Assembly (NCBI GenBank): GCA_024704765.1
Contig: JAKMXF010000011.1
Coordinates: 289,863-353,862, forward strand
DNA: 64,000 bases
Origin: Oopsacas minuta
Taxonomy: Eukaryota > Animalia > Porifera
Direction: 5' to 3'
Shown here: piece after piece, positions 11,301-23,885 of the stretch
How the letters are laid out: each line of letters starts with the position of its first letter
How positions within the stretch are numbered: position 1 is the stretch's first letter
Translations under genes and position numbers: made by a program
Notes under the pieces: generated by a model
The model's database searches: none
Told to the model about the DNA's origin: nothing
What the model saw: only the letters and a program-made list of their open reading frames with translations

Positions 11301-12169
11301 ATAAATTTTTACTAGACATACACTCATGAAGTCTCCCGCTTCAAATTATGCTTCACCTATTCTGTAACTGAGTATTAAAACAATAATTATTTATCAAAGA
11401 ACATACCAAGGTGGATACGACTCCTATTTCAAAACAATTCAGTCGAATTCTGGATTTTTCGCTCCTAAATGCAAGGGCAAAGAAGAAAAACGATATGCTA
11501 GGTGGCTGCACGACGGACGGAAGTATCCTTTAGCTGTGCCTCTTGTTTTAGCTGAAGTATGATACAGCTACATTTGTAAGTGCTTTTGGGTTGCTACGCG
11601 ACATTAAAAAGTCAGCAATACGTGCTTCGAGGTATATCATTGCTAAAATTGTAATTATTTATTATCTATGGTCCGTCCAAATTGAATTTAATAGCCTTCT
11701 GTGGAGATACTGGAGCTCTTACATGGATTTGGGTTAGAATCTCGGTAATTCGTACCTCATGTTTCAAGAAATTCTAAAACTTTAAGAAATCCGGGAAAAA
11801 TAATTTGTACAGTCATGATAACGTAATAATTTCACGATGAGTTTGCAATTGTTCAAAATGATGATGTCCGGACATTCGGCATATTGTGGAGTACCTATTA
11901 CCCAAAATTTGAACCACTGGTACCCACAATATGGAAAATGCTTTGGAATTTGAATTTCAAATTTCAACAATCTACCTTGTATATTGCTGAGCAGTAGCGA
12001 ATAAAGTTATTATTCGAAAATCCAAAAGGTGATAATGACGTCACCGTCTTAGGTTTGAATTTTCTTCCAAGACTAAAGATTGTCCGCCAGGCCTTAAATG
12101 CCTATGTATGACAAAATCAGCGGTTTCAAATTTCTTGAATCTATTCCAAACATGCAACCCATACGTATA

Positions 12170-12586
12170 CACGGGTAACTGAAAAAACATTATGACAAAA
12201 AAAATGAGGTCGTTGAGATTTTTTCACTTTCTTATACAGAATTTTATGAGGAATCCGAATATACGCTCCAAAAAATTTTCCTACCATTAAAATTTTTTTT
12301 ACAGATTATACAAAAATTTATGAAATCAAAAAAATTCTGGCTACAATAATTTTAACATATCCCCATTTTTAGTATATTATCGTGATTCTTCGCTGAAATA
12401 CTTCTTTCTAGAATTCAATTTAATTACTAGTTACCTAATAGAATTGATGTTTTTAACGAATTCCTATCCAAAATGTCATTACCATGGCAACAAAATGAAA
12501 CGTAGGAATTTACGCAATAGTTTTCAATCTAGCTAAGTAGTACTTGTATGATATTACATTTAGGATATATACGTGTAATTATTGAT
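12170..12586 (+). repeat. Left 417-bp TIR of the Chapaev element
   Basis: Reverse complement of 14681-15097; I found one mismatch by eye (CTAGCTAAG vs CTAGTTAAG). Confidence 0.92.
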
Positions 12587-12659
12587 GCTTAACCTTAACT
12601 TAACCAATTATTTTTATTCCAAATATAGTGTAATGTAGAACATGACCTAGCTTATCATA

Positions 12660-14663
12660 CTATGATTTATTTATGAAATTGACGAAGTTAACATCTGATA
12701 CTGTGTTTAATAAGCACTCTGGAAATTTTTCATTTTCCTCTTGACATTTATATCTTGTCTCCCAAACTCTGCCAAATCTAGAATGGGCGGATTCAAATGC
12801 TTGTTCTGAAACTGATCCTAAACCCATTCCATCTGGAAGATAATTCGTGATAAACGGAATTAGGTGCCTACATAGAACATGAACTTTTGTAGAGCAAGAA
12901 AGTCCTGATTGTTTAAATGATTGTTCAAAATGATATACTGCCATTTTGAAATCTCCCTTTATGTGTTTCCCGAAGCAAGAATCAACAACATCCCTGAATT
13001 TTACAAGCGTGATATAAGACGAATTACTCTTTGGAAACCCGAGTTTCAATACCTCCTTTGTGATTTTCCTCATTGCATTACCTTCAAATGCTCCTCCATG
13101 GTAAGCACTTCTATGAATATTCAGTTTTTTTAGTATTGCTTCATGGTGTTCTTTTTCGTCCTCAGACATTGTGATGAGGATGGCATCGTATAACTTCTGT
13201 CCTATCCCAAGTAACAGATGTAACTCGGGAAGATTAAACATTTGCATGAAATCTACCAGCCATACATTTAGTGCTTGGCGATCCTCAATACCATCGCAGT
13301 CAATTGCATGATTCTTAGAATCTCCCTGATACATATCTTGAAGCTTTTGAAACATCTCTAGATGGTGAGCAGATGATCGTTCTTCCCACTGAACACTGTC
13401 TAAACCCCTTCTATTGTCCCAAGTACACCATATACAAGGGTGACGTCCGTTCATTATTCCCAAGCAATAACTAGCAGCCTTCAAATCTACCGTAAATGAA
13501 ACGTTGTATTCTTCCATCAGCCGTTTTATCTGGTCATCTTGAAGCATAACGGAGAAGTTATAATTACACTCAGGGGCACTCGTAACCCATAGATAAACCA
13601 GGTTATCGACAGAATTATCATTCTGTAGACACATAAGTAGTTTAGTGAAACCACGACCAAAGTCTAATCCAAGCTTGAAATGAAGATCATGTACCGATAT
13701 TTCTCCGCTGATATTAAAGATCTTTTCTATCAGGGCATCGATATTGCAACATCTCACTATCCAGGAGTTCCTATATTCTGAATTGTATTTCTCTTTACTA
13801 TAGTCCAGCTCAATCTGGATGCATTCGAATATTTCGTCGCACAACAAATGTCGTTCTCTATAGTAGCTATCCATTGATGGACATGGTACTCCAACATCTC
13901 TAATAATTCGAGTTACTACCTTTAACTGCTTATTAGACAATGACATTCCTGAACACTTCAAATTCGCGATGTGAGAGAAATCCATTTTTGGTACTTTAGC
14001 TGGACGTTCGTCAGTACTGGAAGAGGAGATAGAAAGATGAAACGGATTCCCACCTGAAGTTTTAGGCAAATGAATTGAAGATTTGTTGTGGCTACATTCA
14101 TGTAATCTTTGGTATACATTATCACCAACGAATGTATCAATAGCGTTATGGTGTTCCAACATATTATGTGCGTTGGTAATCAATGTCTTTTTCAAACAGA
14201 TATGACTAACTCCAGGACTAACACGACTCGCACATTTGTTACATATCTTGATCGTCTTTTGAGGTGAATTGATTGTTGGTCTTCCTGGCTTTATATGAAT
14301 TATCGAAGATGAAGCTTGATTCTTGCGACCGAACCTTGAACTCTCGGTACACATTGAACATAAGTTCCCAATGCGGCAGGTGTTTAAGCGCGTGTTACGA
14401 ATTAAGGGCCAATCATATCGTGCAGGTGTTTTCCTCGTCGTATCCCCTGAGGACAGAGTAAACAAGTAGAGCTTACAAGTATTACACACGATATAAGGGC
14501 GATTATCTTCTAAAATATTGATTGGTTCCAAATATTGGTTGTATAATTCACCTAACTTAGTGTCCTTTAGGTGATTATTCCTCAAAACTATTTTGCCAAC
14601 TTTCGAACAACACCAGCGACAAATTCTAGTTTTTGCATGTTCATGTTTCGTTTCTTCACTCAT
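12660..14663 (-). CDS. Chapaev transposase, 667 aa, intact
   Basis: N-terminal Cys/His domain (HEH..CRWC, CNTC, CSMC, PGRP, CNKC..HIC); core LGLDFGRGFTK, VDLK, HPCIWC, PELHLLLG, YHGGAFEGN, KVHVLCRH, SEQAFESAH. Confidence 0.92.
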   Translation of the reverse strand: MSEETKHEHAKTRICRWCCSKVGKIVLRNNHLKDTKLGELYNQYLEPINILEDNRPYIVCNTCKLYLFTLSSGDTTRKTPARYDWPLIRNTRLNTCRIGNLCSMCTESSRFGRKNQASSSIIHIKPGRPTINSPQKTIKICNKCASRVSPGVSHICLKKTLITNAHNMLEHHNAIDTFVGDNVYQRLHECSHNKSSIHLPKTSGGNPFHLSISSSSTDERPAKVPKMDFSHIANLKCSGMSLSNKQLKVVTRIIRDVGVPCPSMDSYYRERHLLCDEIFECIQIELDYSKEKYNSEYRNSWIVRCCNIDALIEKIFNISGEISVHDLHFKLGLDFGRGFTKLLMCLQNDNSVDNLVYLWVTSAPECNYNFSVMLQDDQIKRLMEEYNVSFTVDLKAASYCLGIMNGRHPCIWCTWDNRRGLDSVQWEERSSAHHLEMFQKLQDMYQGDSKNHAIDCDGIEDRQALNVWLVDFMQMFNLPELHLLLGIGQKLYDAILITMSEDEKEHHEAILKKLNIHRSAYHGGAFEGNAMRKITKEVLKLGFPKSNSSYITLVKFRDVVDSCFGKHIKGDFKMAVYHFEQSFKQSGLSCSTKVHVLCRHLIPFITNYLPDGMGLGSVSEQAFESAHSRFGRVWETRYKCQEENEKFPECLLNTVSDVNFVNFINKS

Positions 14664-14680
14664 TTGCTTTAACTGAATTA

Positions 14681-15097
14681 ATCAATAATTACACGTATAT
14701 ATCCTAAATGTAATATCATACAAGTACTACTTAACTAGATTGAAAACTATTGCGTAAATTCCTACGTTTCATTTTGTTGCCATGGTAATGACATTTTGGA
14801 TAGGAATTCGTTAAAAACATCAATTCTATTAGGTAACTAGTAATTAAATTGAATTCTAGAAAGAAGTATTTCAGCGAAGAATCACGATAATATACTAAAA
14901 ATGGGGATATGTTAAAATTATTGTAGCCAGAATTTTTTTGATTTCATAAATTTTTGTATAATCTGTAAAAAAAATTTTAATGGTAGGAAAAATTTTTGGA
15001 GCGTATATTCGGATTCCTCATAAAATTCTGTATAAGAAAGTGAAAAAATCTCAACGACCTCATTTTTTTTGTCATAATGTTTTTTCAGTTACCCGTG
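14681..15097 (-). repeat. Right 417-bp TIR of the Chapaev element, ending 18 bp before the ATG
   Basis: Inverted copy of 12170-12586. Confidence 0.92.
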
Positions 15098-15399
15098 ATA
15101 CACATATATGTTACAGTAAGAAAGTGAAATCAATGATTTCACGAAATCCTGGATGTTTTAAGAAATTCATGTAATTATTAATTCACCCAGAGAGTTCACG
15201 AATTTGCTGAAATAATTAGGAAATTCACGAATTCCTAATTTATAGACCTAGTTATTTCATTAATTTACTAAACACTAATGAAGTAAGAGATGCAGTACTG
15301 TATTTTCCTAGTGAACACAACAGAATGAAGAGATGTTAGGAAATTATTTGTTAACACAAATGAGACTTCCGTGGTATCGAGAATTACACTTAAGATTTG

Positions 15400-16860
15400 G
15401 TTTGTAGACTTACATATGTTCGATTTAAACTTGCTCCGACCATTACAATTGCATTTAGCAAAACTTTGTGCACCAGAAGCTGACTGAGCGATGACGGCTG
15501 TTCACAGTGACATTGTGATCTCAGTATTGATGCTTGTTGCTGATAACAAGCGTTGAGGACAAAGGTCAAACTGTATTCCTGAGTATTGCCCTTTAATATC
15601 CCAGATTTTACATCAATTGTATACTGGTCTGTTTCCAAGCCTCTATGTATGATCACACCAAGGATATTTGGGCAACCCCACGGTCCACTGTTGGAATTGG
15701 AAGAACCACATTATATTCAACTATCCCAGCTTGAAGCTCAAGACGAACTTGTGCTGTGTGTGCATTTTCCCTGTTTAGCATGATCTGCGCTGTATTCTTT
15801 TCAGTAATTTGTGAAGGAGTTTGATTAGAAATGACTTCTTCAAATTCAATTCGAGGATCCGAGTGTTTTTCTTCAGTGGTAGTATCTCTGAGTTGCATTG
15901 AAATGATATTAGTATCACAGGATTGCACTAATGTGATACTAACTGGAGTGATTAAATTATCAGTCGAAGCTGTAGGTGAGTCGCCAACAATAGCTGCCAG
16001 ATCATCTTCACTCTCTAGGGTGTTTATCACCTCTGATGGAAGAGACAGTGATGTTAGGCCAACACGTGCCTCACATCCAAACATGGCCGAATAAGGGGAG
16101 CAATTTATTCCAGAATGAAAAGCGGAATTCTTTTGGAACTGTACAAATTTAATCCCAACAATCCAATTTTGCGTTCTGTTGTCTGGAAGTCAGGCAACAA
16201 GCATATCCTTTATGTCTCCATTTGCGTGTTCCACAGAAACTTGAATTTGTGGATGAAGCGGCTTTTCATGAACCAGAGCTAGTTTAGCCACACTTGTTTC
16301 AGATCTGTGATCACAATGGCTGTAAATTCTGAGCCATTATCACTCTGAAGATTGGCAAGTGCACCCAGAAGCAAAAGATGTCTACAAGTTGAAATGCCAC
16401 TTCAGCTGCACGCTTTGTAGTGAGAGGTTTGAGAACACAAAACTGGTAAGATGGTCCTGGTAAACCAAGATCCATTTATTATGGGAATGAGACATAGCTT
16501 GCATATCTATTAGATCAACTTGACCCATAGATGAGTACACCTTGGTAAGTATGGGACGTACAACAACAACTTTTGTCATAGGTCTTTTCCTTTTCTTTTA
16601 GCACTCCTCGCATAGGGATTTAGTGGTGATGTTGACATACTTTAGTTGTAGCCCTTTGATCATTCGGTCCCGACTACCATGTCCAGTTGCAACATGCCGA
16701 CGTTTGATGAGATCAAAGGTATCCTCGAGAGGAACATAATAAAGGGGCGAATCATCCGAATAAGTATGTTTCTTGATAAGCTTTTCTAGATCACCACATT
16801 GGAGTATCTCATATCTAAATGAAGTAGTTTGTTGAATATAGTAAATAAATAATCATAATA
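15400..16860 (-). pseudogene. Ginger2/TDD-type (KRBA2/SCAND3-like) integrase relic
   Basis: HVATGHG (integrase Zn), RPIL..GQVDLIDM, YQDHLT, NVVLPIPTVDRG and a C-terminal Cys-rich AQSASG..KCNC; many stops and frameshifts. Confidence 0.7.
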
Positions 16861-17645
16861 GAGTACTTTTTGGAAATTTCTTCTCTATGCTCTCAGAAAA
16901 AGTTAAGCACTTTTACAAATGAAGACATTGCCAAATTATTCTTTTAGGATTGATCCCCATTTCAGCAGTTTGCGGTAAACTCAAAATTCTAACTAAAATA
17001 ATTTACTTAGTAAGAAGATTGTAGTCAGTTCTACTTTTCCTATGGCTGAGACCAGAGTCTGATTTCAGACTGTCAATGATTTTATAGTATTCACACTTTG
17101 GTATAAGATACTTCTTACATTCATCGTATCGTTTGAACAATTCTCGCTTGAATATTTCCTCCAGTTTGAGGCTTTCTAAAGATGTTCACAAATTGCGAAA
17201 TAGTAATTTGAGTTTATAGTTATAAAATTGTGAATTTAAACTTTTTGTATTTGTATCAACTTCATAACCACAAGTTCTATATGTATAAATTTTGTAGCTG
17301 TAAGGCAATAGTGATTTCTCTATAGTGCTCTCAAATTGGAACACTTTGTTAACAAAATCACTTCTAACCATTGAGATGACGTGATTTCGATTAGGAAATA
17401 GTCTGTAGGTACAGATTTTGGGTATTGTTAACCATCAAAATACATTTATTCAGGGAAAAAAGCACAATTTCACTATTAGTCAAGAATATCAATCATTGTG
17501 CTACGAGCTAGCTGGCATTTCAATTCGTCTACATAAACACCAGTATTCCCTCATCACGTTTGACGAGCAATTATACGTATTTAACACCTTGCGTCCAAGC
17601 AACCTTAAGTTGTATCTAAACGTTACATTTTGGGCAACAGGAATA

Positions 17646-17827
17646 CAGTAGAAACCGGATATTTTCGACCATGATATTTTTAACATCCGGATATAATTAA
17701 CAGAAGTTTTCGTGCAAAAAATGTGTAAATATTGGCTTTAGTGAATTAACGATCGGACATATTCAATAATCGGATACTTTTAACAGATGTTTCGCGTAAA
17801 AAGTGATATAATATCCGGATTCTATTG
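17646..17827. mobile_element. Tc1/pogo-type MITE, 182 bp
   Basis: TIRs CAGTAGAAACCGGATA and CAATAGAATCCGGATA with TA on both sides; internal CGGATA repeats. Confidence 0.7.
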
Positions 17828-18244
17828 TACTCTTTTCTACACACTGCACTAAACATGAATTCTGAAATTTTGCAAGTCCTCAAAGGCAAGGTACATCTAT
17901 CCTTGTGGGGACCTCTGATGGAGGATATTCAGGCAACGCAATCCCAATCATGGTGAGCCCTGATAATGGAAAGGTGATCTGCAAGTACATCACTAGTGGC
18001 CAAAAGTAAACAAAACAATAGTCATTCAAATCAAATGTAAATGTATAAGATAGTAACTAAGTAAGTTACCAGCGAACCATGTGAGTTTCGAGTTAGTTAA
18101 ATTCCACAACTTTGGTATTGGTTAAATCATAGAAACATTAAGTTTGACGGTGGCTGTCGATCTATACAAGATCATATATATATACTCAGTATATGCTAAC
18201 CGATTTTCATATATGGGTCATGTTCACAAAAATGATAAATATAC

Positions 18245-18530
18245 TATAAGAATTTTTGTTAGAATTTGCCTGAAATTCCAAGAAAATTTCTTAGTAAATC
18301 TATATAAAATAATGCAATTCTTAGAATACTAAATTCGTATTCACGTCAATTCTTAGCCAAATTCTTAGAATTTGAGTCAATTCAAATAAATATTCTAAGA
18401 ATAATTCTAAATTCAGAAAAATTCTTAACCAAATTGGTAGAATTTTTCCAAGAATTGCCTGAAATTCCAAGAAATTTCTCAATTTTAAGAAATTTCTAAG
18501 AATTCGAGACCTTTCTTAGACTGTACTTAA
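18245..18530. repeat. Array of AATTCTTAG / CTAAGAATT motifs in both orientations (probable decayed MITE)
   Basis: Many short direct and inverted copies of the motif; termini unclear. Confidence 0.35.
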
Positions 18531-19786
18531 GTACTGTAGAGGGTTCACTTTAAACACATTTTTTAACAATTTCCAATATTCTTTCATTCTCGATGGTATC
18601 TCTATACAGTAATAAATATCCAAGACAAAAATTTCACATGATGATTACATGATGACAAAATAACTGATTAATACGTAAGATGATCTCGCAAGTTCCAAAT
18701 ATTTATCTCAATTGTATGATTCTAAGTTTACTCATTCCATATTCACAGAACAACTTGATAGTTTAGGAACGATCCATAAGTAAATAACACTCTATACAAG
18801 CGAGCAATCAGTTAGTGGTTACTTTACAAATTCTAGCTGCGGACGCCTTTCATAAAATGTCATTGATCCATCGTATTCGTATATATATATTTAGGGACCG
18901 TTCAAACATAAAGTAACTCTGCAAGAGGTCAGGGGTGGTAGGCGAAGTGTAATAGCCACATTCCTTTGTATTACAAAACGGTGAAAAAGCTTGACACAGG
19001 GAGGGGTGCCAAAATTTTGGGGAATTACTACTTACCACGTGTGAAGTTAGCAGACGATTCGACTAGGGTCACATCAGTCAATAATTTGGCTCACTCATAC
19101 CCATCATATTTAAACGAAATTAATATTATTGGAAAGAAGAGAGCTGGAATTAGTTACGATTTGGTTAGAATTTCTAGGGTCACGACTTCATTGAATTTAC
19201 CACATAAAAGTAAGAATTCGATTCTGAAATTGTCTATGCATAATATGATATGGACGTTTATGAAAATAAAATTTCGTTAAAAAGTATTAACAACTCACAG
19301 AACTAGAGGAATTCAAATTTTAAATCGGGAATGAGAGTGGTAGGGAAGAATCAAATTATACATAACGTAGGGTCAGTTCAAACTCATATTTCTTACCCTA
19401 AATAGGACTGAATTTCAATTATCTTATCAATTGTTGATATTTATGACAACATCGATATTTTCGTGAAACACTAAAAATTATAACCTGTAACGGATTGCAA
19501 AATAAATTCTCAGTATTGTGTGAATTACGGATTCTAACTTTGAGATCATTTCTTGAAGGTATTCATAATCAGAACCCTTAAAATTTATAGATACCTTCTT
19601 TCATATCTCATAATTCTTTTGGTAAAAAACAGGGGATAGCTAGTATTTTTAACTGATTTTCACTTATTGTTTCTTCTCAAATTTCCTCAGTTCCCGAAAA
19701 TGCTGGTGAATATCTTTAATTAAAGCGGAAACTTAAATTTTTAGTTTTGGATATTTTCCTGCATCGAATGATATTAGATATTTATA

Positions 19787-21305
19787 ATGAATAACAAGGA
19801 GGCATTTGATTTCCTAAACTCTCACTAGTCTGTTAGAGAACAACACATGTTTTCTTGGAACAATTGTAAATCCCTGAAGCAGAGGTCCACTCTATTCGTA
19901 GTCTATTCTTCTAACTATAGTCTGACCGCAATGTCTACAGCAAACGAATTGATCTACTCACTTGGAAGGGCTTCTTTTTCAATCTCTTCGCATGCCAGTC
20001 CTCTGAAAATGCCTCAGTGAAACAGGCATAGTGTTTCAGTGTGAACTAATCCAAGAAGGTAGAAAACCATTGTGTGAATTAACAAACAATGGACTCAGAC
20101 AAAATCAAGAACAATTTAGGAATTTAATTTCATCTGTAGCTCAGAACGAGAATGTTGAACGGATTGAAATAGCAACCTATGTCCTAAAGTTATATGGTGG
20201 CAAAGCTAGAAACCATGAAATGATTAACTCTCACCAGCAATTTAACAAACATGGGATATTCGAAGTGCCGTTAAGCGGTTACCTTTGGACAAGTCATTGT
20301 TTTTGTCAGATTTCTTGGAAATTGAGAAACGTAAGTACACAAGGATGAGAAAATTGTGTAAGCCAGAAAGCATAGTCTTCCCACCATATAATATAATTCC
20401 TGACCATCGTGCTAGAAATATACTCTAATCTGATATTCTTGAAATTCAAAATTCAGATGACGTCAATATTGCTATCGGAATTTCGTATAGATTCATCTTG
20501 AAACAAATTGTGTTAAGGTTATTGGAAATTGTTCCTGAACTACATGAAAGTCAATATCCCTTAAGTTTAAAGATCTCTGATGGCTTAGATGGCTCAGGAT
20601 GTCATAAAATCTACAATCAATTTGATGGAATACTGAAGTTCAACACCAAAGTTTCATTCTTTTTGGATTCAAGGTTATTTCACTAATTGGCTCATCTGGC
20701 ACTACTGTTTGGCCAAATGATATCCAAAATTCACCATTTTGTGTACGACCTATTACATTTTTGGCTCAAACGAAACCAAAAGAACATCAAATTTCTAATG
20801 GACAGCATTATTAGCTCCGAAGTTGATTCAATTGCACAAGAGGGTATTCTACTTCCCAAAGGACTTGTAAATGTAACATTCACCGAACCATGATAGATGG
20901 TAAGATGTCAGGGATTTTAAGTGGAGCAGTTAGCGCCCATTGCTAACTATGTACTGCCAATAAGTCTGAATTTTCAAACTTAGAAATTGTATTGTCAGGA
21001 TTTCCAATCAACAGGAGCATTACTACTGCTAAAGAAATCTTTTCTATAGTTGATGAAGAAGAATATCTCTTGCTCACTTCTATACAACGTCATGGCTTGA
21101 CCCATCTACCACTATCAAGCATAGATATAATTCCTGCTTGGATGTGTATCATGATTCCACCAGATCTGAGTGAACCAATACGTACTTCACCACCAAAACT
21201 TACTGTTTTGTACGTGTCGTTAACTCTAATCAAGCAATTGACACAGTCAAATTGGCGTCGCTTTGCAAGGAGACCTATGAATCAATACTCATCGATTATC
21301 CATGG
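19787..21305 (+). pseudogene. RAG1-like/Transib transposase relic, copy 3 (divergent, 3'-truncated)
   Basis: NNKEAF start, LKISDGLDGSGCHKIYNQ, MIDGKMSG, LCTANK, SGFPINRSI and LCKETYESILIDYPW, then cut by a MULE end; TIRs not found. Confidence 0.85.
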
Positions 21306-21495
21306 GGGATACGGACAAATGACTACATGATAAATATTACAATTCCGGTACTTTGTAATATAGATACATGTTTTCTACTGATTTAAAGTGATGTGTATAT
21401 ATATTATACTAAATTTAATAAAAAGTCAAAATAACAAAAGACGAAGTAATGATGCATAAATAAAGATAGAATATCATAGTAGTATATCCTATAAC

Positions 21496-22900
21496 TCATC
21501 CGAATTTGTTCCAAAAGTTAATCTGTGTGTAATTCCTTGGAGGAAATCGGTGAAAGTAACTAAGAACAAGATTGGTCAATCCCTCCTCATTAGCGGAATT
21601 CTTTGTTCTTTTAGATGGCTTATCTCCCGCTAAAAATGTAGCCTGCTTTACTTCAACCAATCCTTGTTCTCGTCTGATTGCGATAATCCATTTCCATATA
21701 TTCGGATGGTGACAACCAATAGTAACATTATAGGCTCTGTGCCATGCTTCGACAGCATTGTTTGTACGAGGTATCCCCTGAGATACAGAGTGATGATGAT
21801 TCCACATCTCAATGGGAAATAATGGTGCTGACTGTGTTCCGCCGGGCACTGTTCGACCTATGTAGGTATTCTCAAAATACAATGCAAGTTCCAGAGAAGC
21901 TGGTATATCCAGTTGTTCTATTACTTGAGGGAAGAGTTCTCGAACTTCAAGTGTAGGCGCAAAAGCAAGTGTAGGAAGCATTCTTAGACGAAGAGCTAAT
22001 TGTTCATCGTTCAAATAGTCTGTTTGGAGTCCTAATTCCTGAATTTCTCGCCTAACATTTTGCGAGAAATGAAAAAACAGCCTTTTACTGTAGTTGTTGG
22101 TCATTCCAGCTGAAAGGCATTGATTGCAGCCTTTGCAAAATCCATAATCATGCTTGTTGGAGATGCTGCAGGACAAACGATTCTGATACGTTCCTATATT
22201 CGAGTGTATGTTGCTTCTGTCTTATTGGGTAATAGTATAAAGAGGAAAGGTAAAGATGGCCATCTTGTAGAGGGTTTGGACCTCTACGTAACGCGTGTAT
22301 TGTATATACTTGAGCGAAAAGTTGAGGCGCTGTTTTGAAAGTTCCATCTGCTAGCCAAATATTCTATGTTGTTAGCATATTACAGTTCTTCTGGGTCCTA
22401 AATATTAGAATTCTGGTTAGTTCAGAACCGGAATCATATAAAAGAAAGTTTTCCTCTTTAGCGGTTATCGTAAACTCATGAGGAATGGCAAGATCATGAA
22501 GACTTTCTGGTTGAACGGGAGCTATATCACGTACCTGTCTTTCTCTACGAATGGTACGCTTCATACTATCAATTTTTGGTAGTTTTGCAGCCGTTGTACC
22601 AGTAATTATTCCCAATTCATCCCCAAGAATATGATGAGTTGTGTCATGTGTTTGACGAGCCTTACGTTTCATTCTATCCTTCACTTCTAAGCAATTGACA
22701 GCCAATATGTCTGGACTATGAAGATGCTCTCCAGTACGCTTTACAATTTCATTTATTTTAGTATGGAGCCTTGCTTTACATATCCTTGTTTTATCGCATT
22801 GCTAGTGTGTAACATGACCAATTGCTCTGTGTGTATATAGATAAAACCACCTCGACAAGTTTCTAACACTCTTTTCGGATAGTTGACGATCTGATCAACC
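21496..22900 (-). pseudogene. MULE transposase relic with a FLYWCH-like N-terminus
   Basis: GFIY...C..C.ARL...HLH, WLADGTFKTAP, FFHFSQN, YFENTYIG, FPIEMWN, PRTNNAVEAWH, HPNIWK; frameshifts and stops. Confidence 0.85.
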
Positions 22901-22955
22901 TCAACTGACTGGTTCTGCATTTGGCTCAGCCATCAAATTAATACCAACAAATATA

Positions 22956-23194
22956 CACTCCCTGGCGAAAAGTATTGGAACACCATACCACTAATGACAC
23001 ATGTGGCATATGCATATTGCGAGAATATAGTATGTGGATATATCAGAAAAGGGCGATTATGATGATAAAATTAATAATAGAATTAAGTTCACAGATGTTT
23101 GAAACTGTCTTTAGCCTATGCAACTAAAGTAAATGCAGACTTGTGCCATGTGTCAATTGTGGCAGAGTGTTCCAATACTTTTGGCCAGGGAGTA
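22956..23194. mobile_element. Tc1-type MITE (copy A), nested in the MULE
   Basis: About 28-bp TIR CACTCCCTGG(C/G)CAAAAGTATTGGAACAC type, TA flanks; same family as 42054-42303. Confidence 0.88.
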
Positions 23195-23218
23195 TATATA
23201 TATATATATATATATATA
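23193..23218. repeat. (TA)13 microsatellite at the MITE target site
   Basis: Uninterrupted TA run directly after the TIR. Confidence 0.9.
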
Positions 23219-23829
23219 TCGTCAAACTGGCTATTTTTAGTCTCGTCTATTTGTTAAGTGTTATGTAGAAACAATCCATTATTATTATGGAATTGTTAGC
23301 TGAAGCACCTTAGATGAACTAATTAATAAGTATTCTTTCAATAAATACAATAATAGAGAACATCCTTGAAGTTCTTTGTTGTCTATGTGTCCATTTCCCC
23401 AACTATCATGTAGTCATTTGTCCATGTAGTCATTTGTCCGTATCCCAATTCTGTTAAATGGATAAATAGAATATTCTTTCCAAGTGTGTAATACGGTAAA
23501 AATGTAATATGAAATGTGATAATTGTCAGCAATGACTGGGGTTAGATAACTGAATTAAGTGGGTGGTTAAAACCTTTTTGAAAATAGTGGTTAACCAGTT
23601 AACAGCTGCAATTATTCTTAAGCACAATCAGTAAAATTTAGGGAATAAAATTGAAAATTAGAATACATAGCATTATACAGGTTCTTTCACTGATTCTTTC
23701 ACCAAAATAAATTGATATTACTCCGAATGTATTTGACAAATCATATACTACTTTAATGATGTTGTTCAGCACTCATTGCCATTTCTATACCATTGAAATG
23801 GACAAGTTAGATAAACAAAGAGTTATGTC

Positions 23830-23885
23830 CATAGGCGTTGGCAGGGGGGAGCAAAGGGGGCATTCCCCCCTTGCCTACGCCTATG
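23830..23885. repeat. 56-bp GC-rich hairpin, probably the joined ends of a hAT-type MITE
   Basis: CATAGGCGT(T/A)GGCA(G/A)GGGGG inverted repeat; no TSD. Confidence 0.5.

Larger units (their letters stand above)
12170..15097 (-). mobile_element. Complete Chapaev transposon, 2928 bp, with very long TIRs
   Basis: CACGGGTAACTG termini; 417-bp near-identical inverted repeats; 3-bp flanks ATA/ATA (12167-12169, 15098-15100); intact ORF. Confidence 0.92.
21306..23446 (-). mobile_element. MULE (Mutator-like) element, decayed
   Basis: Inverted ends GGGATACGGACAAATGACTACATG at 21306 and 23446; no TSD. Confidence 0.85.

Noticed and set aside
18990-19030. CACAGGGAGGGGTGCC as the 5' TIR of Transib copy 3
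   Set aside because: It does not match the heptamer or the short-end pattern, and there is no partner end or TSD.
23401-23446. CRISPR-like or satellite repeat
   Set aside because: Only two adjacent 16-bp units, explained as a MULE subterminal repeat; no repeat-spacer array anywhere in the window.
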